Positions 41,885-55,711 of a DNA stretch of 64,000 nucleotides are shown in pieces (within the stretch, counting starts at the first letter, position 1; each line of letters starts with the position of its first letter). Source of the DNA: the human T2T-CHM13v2.0 reference genome, Homo sapiens; assembly GCF_009914755.1 (NCBI RefSeq), contig NC_060930.1. One strand, given 5' to 3'. The position numbers and the translations under genes were made by a program. The notes under the pieces were generated by a model. It was not told where the DNA came from. It was given only the letters and a program-made list of their open reading frames with translations, and made no database searches.

Positions 41885-42560
41885 TACATAGAACCTGCTA
41901 AGGTGTATTCTCAACCACAGAAGAATTCCATCACTATAGCACCCAGGAGCCCTTCTCGAAAAAAAAAATACTTGATGACAAAAATTTAGCCATACAGCAG
42001 TTGAATCATAAAAATGTTAAAATTCAGGCATGAAGAAGCTGGAAGGAAAGAATGCTGAATGCATTTGAATATGGAAGGGTCTCACATGAAATACATGGTA
42101 ATTGTGGCACGGAACAAAATGTAGATGATATAAAATGCAAGTCTGTAAAAATAGTCTACGAACAAAAGTCATGGGGGAGGAAGAAAAGTGGGTAGGAGAT
42201 ATGAATTGTGCAAATTCAAGGGGAAGAAATCAACAGATCTTTTTAAAGTTATAACATTAGATTTAAAAAAAAAAAAAAGGTTGACCCTAACCCCAACTTT
42301 GTAGCTTAACTTTTTGAATTTTAGATTTTTAGGAAAAATCACTAATATCACTTATAAAGAAAACACACATCTTCACTTATCCATTTCCTTCATGTTCAGT
42401 TTGAGATTCATTTTCTTTAGTTAAATACAAGTAATGTTAAATCGAATACATGATGTATTTCATTTGTGTAAAATTATTTCTATCTACTCTTCTGGGAGAA
42501 TATACACATGGCAAAAGCTCTAAAATGATGTTTATGAAACATTAACCGTAGTGATCTGCA

Positions 42561-43146
42561 AGAAGTGTGGTGATTCCTCCAGAACTAAAAACAGAACTAC
42601 CGTTCAACCCAGCAATACCATTACTGGATATATACCCAAAGGAATATAAATCATTCTGCCATAAAGACACATGTGCACCTATGTTCATACCAGCCCCATT
42701 CACAGTAGCAAAGATATGGAGTCAACCTAAATGTCCATCAATGACAGATTGGACTCTGAAGATGTGGTATGTATACACCATGGAACACTACACAGCCAGA
42801 GTAAAGAGCAAGATCATGTCTTTTGTAGGAACATGGATGGAGCCAGAAGCCATTATCCTTGGCAAATTAACGCAGGAACAGAAAACCAAACGCCACATGT
42901 TCTCACTTAGAAGTGGGAGCTAAAAGATGAGCACTCATGGACACAACAAGGGGAACAACAGAGACTGGGGCCCATCAGAGAGTGGAGGGTGGGAGGAGGG
43001 AGAGGAGCAGAGAAAATAACTATTGGGTACTAGGCTTAGTACCGGGGAGATGAAATAATCTACACCACAAACCCCCATGACAAGTTCACCTACATAACAG
43101 ACCAGCACATGTACCCCTGAACCTAAAATAAGAGTTAAAAAAAAAA
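42561..43146 (+). mobile_element. 5'-truncated older primate L1 (L1PA13-16/L1PB-like) 3' end
   Basis: ORF2 C-terminal similarity (ORF 42567), 3'UTR, poly-A; TSD gtagtgatctgca/gtagtgatttcca. Confidence 0.93.
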
Positions 43147-44039
43147 GTAGTGATTTCCAGATGATGAGACTGGGAATACATTTTTGACTTTTTGTACTTT
43201 CTGTTTTCTTGATCCACCCCTGTCCCCTGCCAACAAACAGATAACATTCTCCTAAGCAATAGTTATTTCCTAATGAGAAGAGAAGGAAGTCCTCCAGCAG
43301 CAGCCCCGCTCCACTGCTCCTCGTGCCCACCTGGGCTCATCTCCTCCAGGATCAATTCACTCATCACCGTGGTTCACAGCTGGGCTGCTCCTCCCTCTCC
43401 ACCTTCTTTTTTTAACACAGACCTTGTCCTCTCCAGCAAATTGACATAGTCTGGGAAGATACCTCTTAGTCAAAAATGTCCTTTTGTTAAGCAAAAGACA
43501 ATAATTACACCAATGGAATACTGATCAGTGAAGAGGTGGCCTGGCTAAATTACAGTGTTTAGAACAAAACTAAACACAGCAACCAAAAGGACTTCAGTAA
43601 AGTAATTATGATTATCCACAGAGGTCTGACCTGGACACTGGACAACTCTTCCTTCTGCCTCCACCTCACCTGGGTGCTTGCGCCCGAGGGCACCTGCATA
43701 GAACAGGCAACGCACGCGGCACTGAACCTTCATCCCCCAGGGTCCTGTGGAAACCTTGCTATGTGCCAGGCCCTACACTCAGCTCTGGATACACCAGGGC
43801 AAATGAAGCAGTCTAGCTAGGCAGACAAACAGACTGTCCAGGTAAACGGGCTGCCATGTGGAAGCACATAACACACACGGAGCCAAGGCGTCTCGCACTG
43901 GGCCAGTCTAAGCTGAGTCCAGGGCTGTGGAAAGAGGGTGGAGTGGAGAGAAAGAGGAGACAAGGCAGATGGAACAAGGGGAGAAGCTCTGTACCTCACA
44001 GTCAGGTGCTCTCTACCGTGTATCCAATAGCTATTCTTC

Positions 44040-44456
44040 TCTTTTAATCACAAAACTCCTATATGTTAGAAACAGTAAGGTGCCCTTCTTAAGAAACTAA
44101 ATTTCCTGGCTCCCTAGCAATAGAAAGTTGTTGGGTGGGGCTCCCAGGAAAGCCACTTGAAGGGGACAGATTCAGCTAGTTGGAATGCAGATGTGATGGC
44201 TACAGCTGCAGCGCCATTTTGCAACCATGAGGAAATTTGGAGACTAGAAGCTACACATTAAGGACTATGGAGCAGAAAGACAGAAAAATCTGGATCCCTA
44301 ATAACAAGCAATGGGAGTGAGATGAAGGGCAACAAGCCAACCCCAGACTGCCTACCTCTGGGTTTCTTCTATGTAAAAGAAATATCATTTATCCAGCTGA
44401 AGACTCTCTTAGGTGGGATTTCTGCTACCTGCAGCTGAACCTAATCCTGAGTGATC
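44040..44456 (+). mobile_element. MLT1J/K-like old MaLR LTR
   Basis: 'tggaatgcagatgtgatggct...gccattttgcaaccatgagg', 'gactgcctacctctgg', 'gcagctgaacctaatcct'. Confidence 0.6.
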
Positions 44457-44718
44457 TAGCTTAACAGCCGTATTAAAAGGTTAGCTATGTTTAGCATGAT
44501 CACTGTTACCCTAACTCCTCATCTATTTCCCTTGCCCTAGGCTCCTACAGAATTTATACTTTGCACTAAATAATTTACTCTGGAATTATTTGTATATTTA
44601 TTATTTATTAACTAACTGCATGATGGAGTATTCCCACCCTACAATAGGCTCATAAACTCCATGCATGAAAATAAACATCATTTATCCAAGCCTACCTCAG
44701 GGCCGAGCACATGATAGG

Positions 44719-45091
44719 TGACATGGTTTGGCTGTGTCCTCACCCAAATCTCCTCTTGAATTATACCCCCATGATTCCCTCATGTTGTGGGAGGGACCCA
44801 GTGGGAGACAGTTGAATCATGGGGGCAGTTTCCCACATACTGTTCTCGTGGTAGTGAATAAGTCTCTCAAGATCTGATGGTTTTATCAGGAGTTTCTGTT
44901 TTTGCCTCTTCCTCATTCTCTCTTTGCCTGCTGCCCTCCATGTAAGACAGGACTTGCTCCTCCTTGCCTTCCGCCATGATTGTGAGGCTTCTCCAGACAC
45001 GTGGAACTGTAAGTCCATTAAACCTCTTTCTTTTGTAAATTGCCCAGTGTCGGGTATGTCTTTATCAGCAGAGTGAAAACGGACTAATACA
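44719..45091 (+). mobile_element. THE1A/B solo LTR
   Basis: TGACATGGTTTGGCTGTGTCC.CACCCAAATC ... GGACTAATACA. Confidence 0.93.
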
Positions 45092-45587
45092 ATGAGCTAC
45101 TCCCTAAGTGCTGGCAGGACTGACACCATGATTCCCCTTCCTTTATCTGTCCTCTTGGTCACAGCTGTTTTGCTAAGAGGAGGGAAAGCATGTCTTGTGA
45201 TCCACTCACCAGCCCTGTGATGAGGGTCTTATATCCGCGTGGTAGAGATGAGGAAGGTGAGGCTCAGAGATGTCAAGTCACAGACCCAGGGTCACTCGGC
45301 AAGAAAACAGCAGAGCTGAGTTTCACAGCCCTGAGCATGCTGGCCTGTCCACACCACCGCAGGGGCCTCCTGGAATTCACGGTGTCCATGTCCCTAAGGA
45401 ACTAGTTTTACTCTGAGGAAGAGGTTTGGTGGGTGCACATTTCATTAGAGGGTGGGAACATGAAGATTATTTTTATTTTGCTATTTTATGTTCAATCTAA
45501 AACAGACGGAAAGTCTAATTAACTCCCACGCCTTGCCTTGCCATCCCCGGGCAGTGGTCACCTCACGGAGGAACAAGAACCTAAGAC

Positions 45588-45960
45588 CACATGGAATACT
45601 ATGCAGTCATAAAAAAGAATGAGTTCATGTCCTTGGCAGGGACATGGATGAAGCTGGAAGCCATCACCCTCAGCAAACTAACACAGGAACAGAAAACCAA
45701 ACGCCACATGTTCTCACGCATAAGTGGGAGTTGAACAATGAGAACATGTGGACACAGGGAGGGGAAGATCACACACCAGGACCTGTTGGGGTGGTGGGCA
45801 AGAGGAGGGAGAGCATTAGGACAAATACCTAATGCATATAGGGCTTAAAACCTAGATAAGTTGATCAGTGCAGCAAACCACCATGGCACACGTATACCTA
45901 GGTAACAAACCTGCACGTTCTGCACGTGTATCCCAGAACTTAAATCAAAATTTTAAAAAA
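45588..45960 (+). mobile_element. L1PA (PA7/8-like) 3' end
   Basis: 'catggaatactatgcag...aggacaaatacctaatgca...aacctgcacgttctgcac..tatcccagaacttaaa'. Confidence 0.92.
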
Positions 45961-45999
45961 AGAACTGGGGACTTGCATCTCCGTCCTTCCTGCCTGTCG

Positions 46000-47350
46000 C
46001 CTGGCAGACCCCGTCGCTGAAGGCAGCAGTTGGATTTGTCTCGTTTAGTCGCTGCCTTTCTCCTCTTTCTGAAGGATGAGCTGAGAGTTTCGAGTTCCAC
46101 GGAGGCCTGACTGCCGTCTGGCCGCCTTCCTGGGGATGCACGCCGCGTGGAACCAGCTGGGTTTCTCTCACCGTTCTCCAGCACTGCCCAGACCAGAGGC
46201 GCAGGGAGAGGAGGGGTCAGAGGTTCCGCGACCACTCCTCCCGCTGTCCCTGCTCTCCAGCCTCTGCCTCTGCAGGAGCCCGCGGGAGCTGCCCCAGGCC
46301 CCCTGTCCCCACCTGTGGCTCCCGTCCTGGTCGCCTCCCGGGGCCGCGCCTGCTCCCCACACAGCGCTGCCAGTGCTGGAAGGCGAGACTCTATCTGCTG
46401 TCTCTGCAGGTCTCCACTGTTCGCCTGTAGCAATGGCTTAACAAAATATCTGCTCTTTTTAATTAAACTTTGACACACCCTAAAGAATGCACCAAGGCCC
46501 AGTTGCCTACAGTTCTGGGCTCTGCACTTCCCCGCATGGTTTGTCTCTGACCCTACAACACGTTTTTTAAATTAGTATCATTATTAATGGTCATATTAAT
46601 TTCCAGAACGGTCAATTTTCTGCCAAGCTTAAAATTTAGTAATAGCCTTTGGAGCAGAGGTTCGAATTCTTTCTCCGCGTCCTCTGGGACCGCTGACACG
46701 GACACCCCAGGCCCGTGGACTTCCCTCTCCCACTCTCTTTCCTCCTGGGACCGCACCCGGGGCTTGTGGGCAGATTTACAAAATGAGGGAAAGGAATGTT
46801 ATTGCTGACCCAGAAGAATTCTGTTCTAACACAAAGGAAAATAACTGAAATGGCAGAAAATCTTTCGACAGTAAGAGGCCCGGTCCGGGGACCCTGGCGT
46901 CCAGCACAGAGCTGCTTCGTGGGTTTTACATGGATGGGATTTTGTCCTCCAGTTGTCAGGCAAGGATGGCGCACCGTGGCCCAGCAGTCCGCGTGGTTTT
47001 GTCCAGCCAGCGAGGTATCCCTTGCACTGTGTCCTGGCAGGAGAACCCTCTTCCTGCAAGGAGCACATTGCGAGTCATTTGAGTGGGGCCAACTCACTCC
47101 CCCCATCACAGCCTTCTACCGGAGAACCACACGCTCCATTTCCCAGCACCCGCTGTGAGTTCAGGGGTGGGCACAGGCCGTGCCCCCTGAAATTCAGCAC
47201 ACAGCCCCGAGAACAGAAGAGACCTCTCTTTCTCTAGAAAGGTACACAGCACGACCACAACTGCAGACGTGAACAGAACAAAAGCCATCCGGCCGGGAGA
47301 AGCCTCCGAGAGAGGAGTGAGAGGCAGAGTAACGATTACCTGAGCCCTCG
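46000..47350. promoter_or_regulatory. CpG-enriched unique region with an AT-rich TAAT core; candidate enhancer
   Basis: Many CpGs flanking 'tttttaattaaac' and 'aaattagtatcattattaatggtcatattaatt'. Confidence 0.4.
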
Positions 47351-47354
47351 GATT

Positions 47355-47518
47355 CAGGTTGCCAGATGAGATACTGGGTGCCCACTTAAAGTGGAATTTT
47401 AGATAAAGAATGGAGAGGGGGCATATTTGAACTAGAAAAAAAAATCATTCTTTATGTGAAATTCAAATTTAATTGGGTGCCCTGTTTCTTTTTGTTTTTT
47501 GTTAAGTCTGGCCATCTT
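47355..47518. mobile_element. MER53 palindromic hAT MITE
   Basis: 'ggttgccagat...gtgcccacttaaagtggaattttagataaa' paired with 'ttatgtgaaattcaaatttaattgggtgccctg...tctggccatc'. Confidence 0.8.
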
Positions 47519-48029
47519 AACCTGGATTCATCCGCGCCTGAAGCCAAACACACCCTGGGCGTCCCAGGAAGGAGCAGGGTTTCCTGCACTCCCAGCTGAA
47601 GGACCGTCGCTCCTGGGTCTTCTCTCCACAAGCAAGCAAGGGAAGAGAAAATGGCCCCAGGGCTCCATGAGCGCCAGCCCGAAACAGCAGCGATGGCAGG
47701 GCATTGCTGCGTTGGTTTTCTCATACCTGAAGAAGCATTAACTCCTCCAGAAGCCTTTTGCAGAGAAGTCAAAGTACTTTTTTAAAAAGAAGAGGAGACA
47801 GGAAGACGGTCTTTAAAGTGAAACTCCTAATCTAACCCTATGATAAGAATGAAACCTAATTTTCCTGTCCGCTGCTACCTGCTAGGTTACGTGCTGCATT
47901 TTAACTCCTTGTAATCCCCAGAAGGCAAAGGATATTAAAATCAATTTTTAAAAATTGTATTTGCAAATCACTTCCTTCTCTCAAGTGTTTCGTCACCTCT
48001 GTGGTCCCTGAGCAAACACACAGACAGCC

Positions 48030-48700
48030 CCCATGGTGATGGCAAGTGCGCACTCTGAGCGCCGGGTGTTTAAGTCAAATATTGATTCCGCCGCGTATTA
48101 ACATGAATGCCGCTTTGAGTACCTCACTGCCCTCTGCCAGCCTCGGTTTCCTCATCTGTACAATACAGTCAATAACATTACCATTGTCATTTTGTGTAGC
48201 TCTGGGATGTCGTGCCTGGCCTGTGACAAGTCAGTACATAGTATTTATCGTTAAATGGCAGCTGCGCACACCTGCCACCACTTGGGAAGTTCTTGTCATG
48301 CTCAATATGACCTGAAGACTGGGGTGGAGTTGGGCGGCTGGGAGAGAACCGGACCCAGTTGCTTTCTGAGTTGCTGACGCCTCTGCTGACAGAGCACACC
48401 AGCCCACAAGCCGCCCCTCGCTCAGCCTCACAGCAGCGCAGGACGTCTGCGTCATCTGCAAATTTGATTTTGTTTGTGGCACAATTTCTATTAGTTGGAC
48501 ATTTCAAACGTTGTCATTCTTTTATATTCTTTATCAATATCCTATTAAAAAACCAAAGCATTGACCCACCCATTTCACAGAGAATGGAGACAAAGAGTGA
48601 GTGTCCAGTGCACAGACAAACCACTTCTTGGAGTATAAATAGGGCGGGATCCCACTCTTCCACATTCTCATTCAGGCATTTGAGATAAAAACTCAGCCTT
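48030..48700. mobile_element. Two MIR remnants (~48030-48250 on +, ~48560-48700 on -)
   Basis: 'cagcctcggtttcctcatctgtacaat' and 'cccaccatttcacagagaatggagac'. Confidence 0.55.
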
Positions 48701-49719
48701 CCACTGCCTAAGTTCAGAGGGGAACGTGTTGCCCCACACACCCTGGGAACCAACTAGGGCCACAGGCTTCAGGTCACCTGGAACACACGGCTCCACAGAA
48801 GCCGCCAGGGTCCCGCCTCTGCGTCTCCCTCTGCTCTGTGCACCTCCCTTGGTTCGGTTCTCAAGACAGGCATCTGCAAGCACAGCCACGGGCTCCCCAG
48901 ACTCTGGCTCCCCAGGGCAGAGGGGCCGCCTTTCCCTGAACCCCCCAGAGGACTGACCCAGGGGAGGGCTCCAATTGCTCCTCCTGGATCACACGCTCAG
49001 CTGCAGCCGGCTCTGGGACCCAGAGGAGGTGGCAGGAGTGACCCACCGGGACCTGGGTCGGCCTTGCTCTCAGAAAGTGCTGGTAGGAGGAAGCCCCACC
49101 CTAGCTGCTTGAGGAAGCTTCCTCTGGGGAAGAAAGTCCCTGGTCTTGGAGGACAGGAGGTGGAGGTGGGGCCTGGATAAAGGATGGCCGCTACCCGAGC
49201 AGACCAGGGCAGGTATCGAGGGACATCTGTTCCTGGGCACCCGCAAGAAAGTTGTTATTACGCAAGTTTCATGGAGTCATTTCCTTGTCAAAAGAAAACC
49301 TCACTTCACAGATGACTGACAACGTTGGTTCGCCCCCCACCCTCCCTCCACGGCTCCCCCAGCGCTGTGGCTGGTCTGGTTCGCTGTGTCTTCACTACCC
49401 CTCTCCACACTCACACACAGAAACCAACAGGATTAGAAAATAAACAGCACCGTGCTGGGGCTCGGTGCTACGTGTTTTCAATACATTCAGACTAAACACA
49501 TTGCTCTGAAAATTACTTTATTTAATAAAAAATATGCTGGGGTTGTTCCTTGTCGTAAATACTTAGGTTGTTTCCAATTTTTCACTGTTCAAAAAAATAC
49601 ACAGCAATTAATATCCCTGCATAATTCACAGTACACATAGGGCAATCTTTTTGTCTATGACAGATATCGACAATAATTTCTGGCTTATATAGTACATTGT
49701 TAAATAAACTGACTTTGTA

Positions 49720-50995
49720 ATTTCAACTCAGCACAGAGAAAGCTCCAGGCCTTGATGGCTTTTTTAATGAATTCTACCAAACATTTAAAAAAGAAACAAC
49801 ACTAAACTTACAATAAAACTCTTCCAGGAACAGAAGAAGAGAGAAAACTCCTTTTTTCTTGTTGTTGTTGTTGTTTTGTTGTTGTTGAGATGGAGTTTTG
49901 CTGTGATGGAGTTTTGCTGTTGTTGCCCAGGCTGGAGTGCAATGGCATGATCTCGGCTTACTGAAACCTCCACCTCCCAAGTTCAAGCCATTCTCCTGCC
50001 TCAGCCTCCCAAGTAGTTGAAATTACAGGCGCCCGCCATACCCACCTAATTTTTTTGTATTTTTAGTAGAGACGGGGTTTCACCATGTTGGCCAGGCTGG
50101 TCTCAAACTCCTGACCTCAGGTGATCTGCCCACCTCCCAAAATGCTGGGATTACAGGCATGAGCCACTGCGCCCAGCCAAGAAAACTTCTTAATGTGTGC
50201 TTATAAGGCCAGCACAGCCATTACACTAAACATCTGGTGAGAATATTACAAAAAGAAAAATTACAGGTCAATGTCTCTTTAAAACATAGACACCAAAAAA
50301 GAATCTGAATGTAACAACATAGAAAAAGAAAGTACATGGCAACCAAATTAGATGTACACCAGGAAGGCAAGGCTGGTTTAACATTTGAAAATCAATGAAT
50401 ATAATTCAACCTATTAGTAGAATAAAGGAAAAAGCCACAGCATCATCTCAAATGTGCAATAAAAGGAATGCAATCAAATTTAGCAAACATTTATAATTTA
50501 AAAATTCTTGGCAAATTAGAAATAAAAGGGAATGTCCATAATCTGATAAAAGGTATCTACAAAGGAAAAGAGCAGTATTCACCCAATATCGCAGATAATA
50601 CGGAATACTGAAAACTTTCCCTCTGAGCCTGGCAGTGAGGGAGATGCCTCTTTTGACACTTCTATTCAACACTGTCCTGGAGGTCCTTGCCAGTTCTATT
50701 AAAAAAAAACAAAAAACAAAAAGGCAACCGTAAGGATTAGAAAGTAAGAAAAAAAACCCTCTAGTTTGGGCAGATGACATAATTGCATATTCAGGAAATA
50801 TAAAAGGAATAAATCAAACAAAATGTGCAAGAACTCTACATAGAGAACTTCCGCATGTTACTGAGATAAAGAGATCCAAGTAAATTCTGTGGTATTGGTG
50901 GACTGGAGCAATGGAACAGGAGAGTCCTGAACAAGACTCTCCTTGCGATGCTTGGTTTATGATAAAAGTGATTCTGCACAGCCGTGAAGAAAGAA
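49720..50995 (+). mobile_element. Old L1M ORF2 remnant, interrupted by an Alu
   Basis: 'ctccaggccttgatggctt...gaattctaccaaacatttaaaaaagaa', 'gcaaggctggtttaacatttgaaaatcaat', 'cacttctattcaacactgtcctggagg'. Confidence 0.8.
49852..50178 (-). mobile_element. AluSq-like element with (TTG)n tail and a 17-bp internal duplication
   Basis: 'tgttgcccaggctggagtgcaatggc'; 'gatggagttttgctgt' occurs twice; TSD gaaaactcct/gaaaacttct. Confidence 0.93.
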
Positions 50996-50996
50996 G

Positions 50997-51345
50997 TATT
51001 TCTGTTATCTGTTGTGCATAACAAAGCATCCTAAAACTTAGTGGCTTAAAACAATAAGGTTTTACCTTTATTTTCTGAGAGTTGGCTCCACTGCACTAGG
51101 CTGCAATCCTAGGGACTAACCATGCTGGAAAGTTCAAGATGGCGCACTCACATACAGGAAGCTGGATACTGGCTGGGAGCTCAGTGCCTCAGTTATCCTC
51201 ATGAGACTTGAGTTTCTCACAGTTTGCTTTTAAGAGGGAGGATTCCAAGCCTCGGGTAACAGAAACTGCAGATATCCCAAACCCCAGCCGTGAAATCACC
51301 TAGCATGTTATACACCATCCTGCTAGTCAAAGGAAGTCACAGATT
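50997..51345 (-). mobile_element. MLT1F-H-like MaLR LTR remnant
   Basis: 'gcataacaaagcatcctaaaacttagtggcttaaaacaataa', 'caagatggcgcactcacat'. Confidence 0.6.
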
Positions 51346-51409
51346 TGTGTTCTTTTCTGCTTGTATATGACACTCCAATAAAAGTTATTTTTAAAATTTT
51401 AAACATCAA

Positions 51410-51820
51410 AAATTTTAGGAGATCAAATTTATCAATCTTTTATTTCTTTGTCTTTTGGGATCTTAAGAAGACCCATTCCCACCTCTGAAAACTGAAACAT
51501 ATTTTCATGTGTAAGTTTTAGAATTTTTGATACAACATTCAGTTATCTGAAAATTATTTTTGTCAATACCGTGAATTGGGATCTCTTCTTCCCAAACACA
51601 TAAATGATTGTCCTGACAGCATTTATTAAATAACCCATAATTCCCCTTACTAATTTGAATGAGTCCGGACTCTTGACTTTAAACAATGAAAATGATTTTT
51701 TGAACCTGTATCACACAGATTCCAATCACTTCTCACTGTGTCTTGATATCTGATAGGGCCAATTTTTCACCTCAGTTCTTTTTCTTGACTATTCTGGCAA
51801 CTTAAGTGTGCCTTGTCTTT
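51410..51820 (-). mobile_element. L1ME remnant (antisense)
   Basis: 'caaatttatcaatcttt', 'cagcatttattaaataaccca'. Confidence 0.5.
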
Positions 51821-54488
51821 GGTTTCACCAACCTTCAGCAACAGCACAATAGAAAAATATTTCATCATATGGTTTTACCTTTAATGTATATATACTTTGC
51901 GTAGAGAGTGTGACTCCCGCAAAGTGTTTTCAGGTTTCTGATCTTGATTTTCCGCAAACAGGGCATCATCACAGTCCTCAGGTTCACAGGTGGGAAAACA
52001 GAGAGAGAGGCTGCATGAATTGCCTGTGGTCCTACAAAGGAGACTCAGGACTTTGGGCCATTTGGTGGGTTCATGCTCATGGCAGAGCTGCCCTTCCCCA
52101 CCCTCTTTCACGTGCTGGTCAATGTAGCCCAGCTCTGCTTCAGATTGAAATGCTCACCAGCATCAAATTTTCTCTATCTTGGTAAATTGTACTTTGCTCT
52201 GTGTTCAGCTGGTCTCCAGGTAGGAGTGCCCTGATAGAGAATTAGAGCCCTAAGACCACATTCTCATTCCATGCCACTGCTTGGGAACTGTACAAGTCTG
52301 CAAGATAACATGGAAATGCAGCCCCTGGGTCGCAATGCCAAGAGCCCTCTGAGATGCTGTTTGACGTTCCTCTTCCAATCCGTTTGAAAGGACCTGTTCC
52401 GTACTGACACTGTAGGTTCCTGAGCCAGCGCGGAAGGTTGCTCAGCCATTTAAAATCTGTCGGTCTCGATAGGAAATACAAAGAGAAAATGGAGGGTGAT
52501 TGGCAGAGCAAATTGGATCTTCACTTGCCAATTCTCTTCTCATTTGCAAATATGCTAGTGAAAAGCCCAAAGCAGCCCTAAGCCAGTTTCATGAATCCAG
52601 CACTCCTGCCTGACAATTAGAGGCCCTCATCTGAAAATACTAACAAAGGAGTTCAGGCTTCTCAGCTGTTCACTCAGCTAGAATTTACCTTGAGTTCAAG
52701 AGAAGAAAATAAGTCCTGCTTTGGAAATGACAATTTGAGAGAACGACACCTTTCCAATTGTAACAAGACAGTGTTATTGACCCGGTTTTTGATATTATTA
52801 TTATCAAACATAATTTAAGGCTGACCAAGAGTTCAGCTGAGGACACGTCCTTGCTAGGGTGGCTAAGTTTTCGTGTTTAGATAATCTCTTAAAGTAATTT
52901 CTAGAACATATTCTTTAAGTAGGATTGACTATAAATCAACACTGAAAATGCTGAAATAGAGTTGCGATGTGATACTAAGACCTAGACATTCTGAAATCTC
53001 AGCATCTTTCCCAGCTGTGGCACCAGCAAGCCAGACCCCAGGGGCCACCGGAATACTGGGGAAGGGACAGTGGCAGGAGGCAGAGGAGGCTGTGGGAGGG
53101 AGATAAGGAGACAGAAATAGGTCCTCTTTCTTCCCTTTTTTGTCTCTTTCTTGCTGTCCTTTTTAAAGAAGAAAAGAAATGGAAAACACTCACAAAGTGT
53201 TTCTCATAAATCAGGTAGTAAAGTTCATTCACTTATCCATAGCTCTGAGGTTCTGGAGACATGGCAGGAGCTAACAGAGCTGATGTCTCTCAGGACAGAA
53301 TTAAACCAGATGCAGAAGGCCAACACAGGAGCGTTGTCCCCAATCCCAAGCTGTCCCTGCCATGAGGGCGCCCCAACTTAGTCATCCTTCCTCTGACACC
53401 CACCCCCACTGCATTGGTACCTGAAGATGAAGCTCTTCAAAGAAGGTCTGGAAAAACAGGCCTCTTGGTGTTTTCCACCCCACACTCCAGGGTGGCTCTG
53501 GGGCCTTTCTCTGGTTTTGTTCTTCATCTGAAACTGAAGGGCCATAACCATGGACTCTGGACTGCGCAATGCATGGAAACCTCACGGTGATGGTGCCTTA
53601 ACCAGCTTTGAACATGAACTCGATGTAATACCTTTTATTCAGCTATTAAAAATGATAACTGAGATAGATGAGAACTTCCCTCAACTTGATAAAGAATATC
53701 TACACAAACCCTACAGCTAACATCACACTTACTGGTGAGAAACTCAAAACTTTTCCCACTAAGACCAGGAACGAGGCACGGTGTCGCCTCTCCAGACTCC
53801 TTTGCAACATCATACTAAAAGTCCCAGCTAATGCAATAAACAAATAAATAAAATATAAGGTATATAGATGGGAAGAAAGAAATAAAGTTGTCTTTGTTTA
53901 CAGATGATGTAATTGTCTATGTAGAAAATCTGAGAGAAATGACCACAGAAAACACACCTGAAACTAACAAGCAATTACATTAATAGCAAAGTGGCAGACT
54001 GCAAGATAATATCCAAAAGTCAATCATTTTCCTACATAACAGCAATGAACAAGGGGGATCTGAAATTAAAAACATAATGCCATTGATATTAGAGCACTTG
54101 AAAAAAAAGAAATACCTTAAGAATAAATCTAACAAAATATGCAAAAGATCTATATGAGGAAAACCGCAAAACTCTGATGAAAGGAATCAAAGAAAAACTA
54201 AATAAGAAGGAAAATATTTCATGTCCCTGGATAGAAAGACTCAATATGGTCAAGCTATCAAGATTCTTCCCAACTTGATCTGTAGATTTAATGCAACCCC
54301 AATCAAAATCCCAGCAAGTTATTTTGGGGATATTGACGAACTGATTCTAAAGGTTATAAAAAGCGGCAAAAGACCCAGACTAGCCAACACAATATTGAAG
54401 GAGAAGAACAAACTTGGAGGACAGACACTACCTGACTTCAAGACTTACTCTAAAGCTACATCTTACTCTAAGAACACTCTGGTATTGG

Positions 54489-54489
<1 letters not shown>

Positions 54490-54526
<37 letters not shown>
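54490..54526. repeat. (TA)n microsatellite
   Basis: ~18 TA units. Confidence 0.95.
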
Positions 54527-54534
<8 letters not shown>

Positions 54535-55441
54535 CAAATAGATCAATGGGACAGAATAGAGTCTGAAAATATATCCACACAAATACAGCCAACTGGTCTT
54601 TGACAAAAGAACAAAGGCAATAAAATGAAGCAAAGCTAATCTTTTCAGTAAACAATGCTGGAACAACTGAACATCCTTCAACGAATGAATCTAAACACAG
54701 ATCTCACACCATTCACAAACATTAACTCAAAGTGGATCATAGACATAACTGTAAAATGCAAAAAACTACACAACTCCTAGAAGGTAACATAGAAGAAAAC
54801 CTAGATGACCTTGGGTTTGGCAATGACTTTTAGATACATCAAATCCATGATTTATGAAAGAAATAATTGATAAACTGGACGTGATTCAAAAACTTCTGGT
54901 CTGCAAAAGACACTGTGAAGAAAATGAAAAGGTAAGCCAGAGGCTGAAAAAAATAATAATTGCAGAGACATATTTAATAAAGGACTGTTATCCAAAATGT
55001 ACAAAAACGTTTAAAACTCAACAATAAGAAAATAAACACCTCGATTAAAAAATGGGCCAAAGACCTTAACAAGTACCTCGCTAGAGGAGATATACAGATG
55101 GCTAATAAGCAAATGAAAAGATGTTCAACCTCACGTGTCATCAGGGAAATGCAAATCTCAACAGCGACACACTTTACACATGTTCTAAAGCAGCCCAAAT
55201 CCAAAACGCTGACAACACACGGATGTAGAGTGAAAGGAATCCTTTCATTGCAGTCTCGTGAGTTTCTTACAAAATGAAATGTACGCTTCCCATGCAATTC
55301 AGCAGTCCCACTCCTTCGTATTCACCGAAAGAGTTGAAAACTGATGTCCACACAAAAACCTGCACAGGGATGTTTATACTGGCTTTGTACATAATTGCCT
55401 AAAATTAGAAGTAACCAAGATGTCCTTCAATGGGTGAATAA

Positions 55442-55711
55442 ACAAACTGGAATACATGCAGACCATAAAATATTTTTCAGCACTAAAAAGAAATGAGCTA
55501 TCAGTTCATGAAGAGACATGAAGGAAACTTACATGCATATTCCTAAGGGAAATAAGCCAATCCCCAAAGACTACAAACTGGAATTCATGCAGACCATAAA
55601 ATATTTTTCAGCACTAAAAAGAAATGAGCTAACAGTTCATGAAGAGACATGAAGGAAACTTACATGCATATTCCTAAGGGAAATAAGCCAATCCCCAAAG
55701 ACTACAAACTG
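55442..55711. repeat. 131-bp direct tandem duplication within the L1MC1-like element
   Basis: Copies start at 55442 and 55573; acaaactg at 55442, 55573 and 55704. Confidence 0.95.

Noticed and set aside
42567-42923. 118-aa ORF, and similarly 54221-54541
   Set aside because: Decayed L1 ORF2 fragments, not host genes.
47355-47518. Hairpin that could be a pre-miRNA
   Set aside because: Explained by a degenerate palindromic MER53 MITE; pairing is poor.
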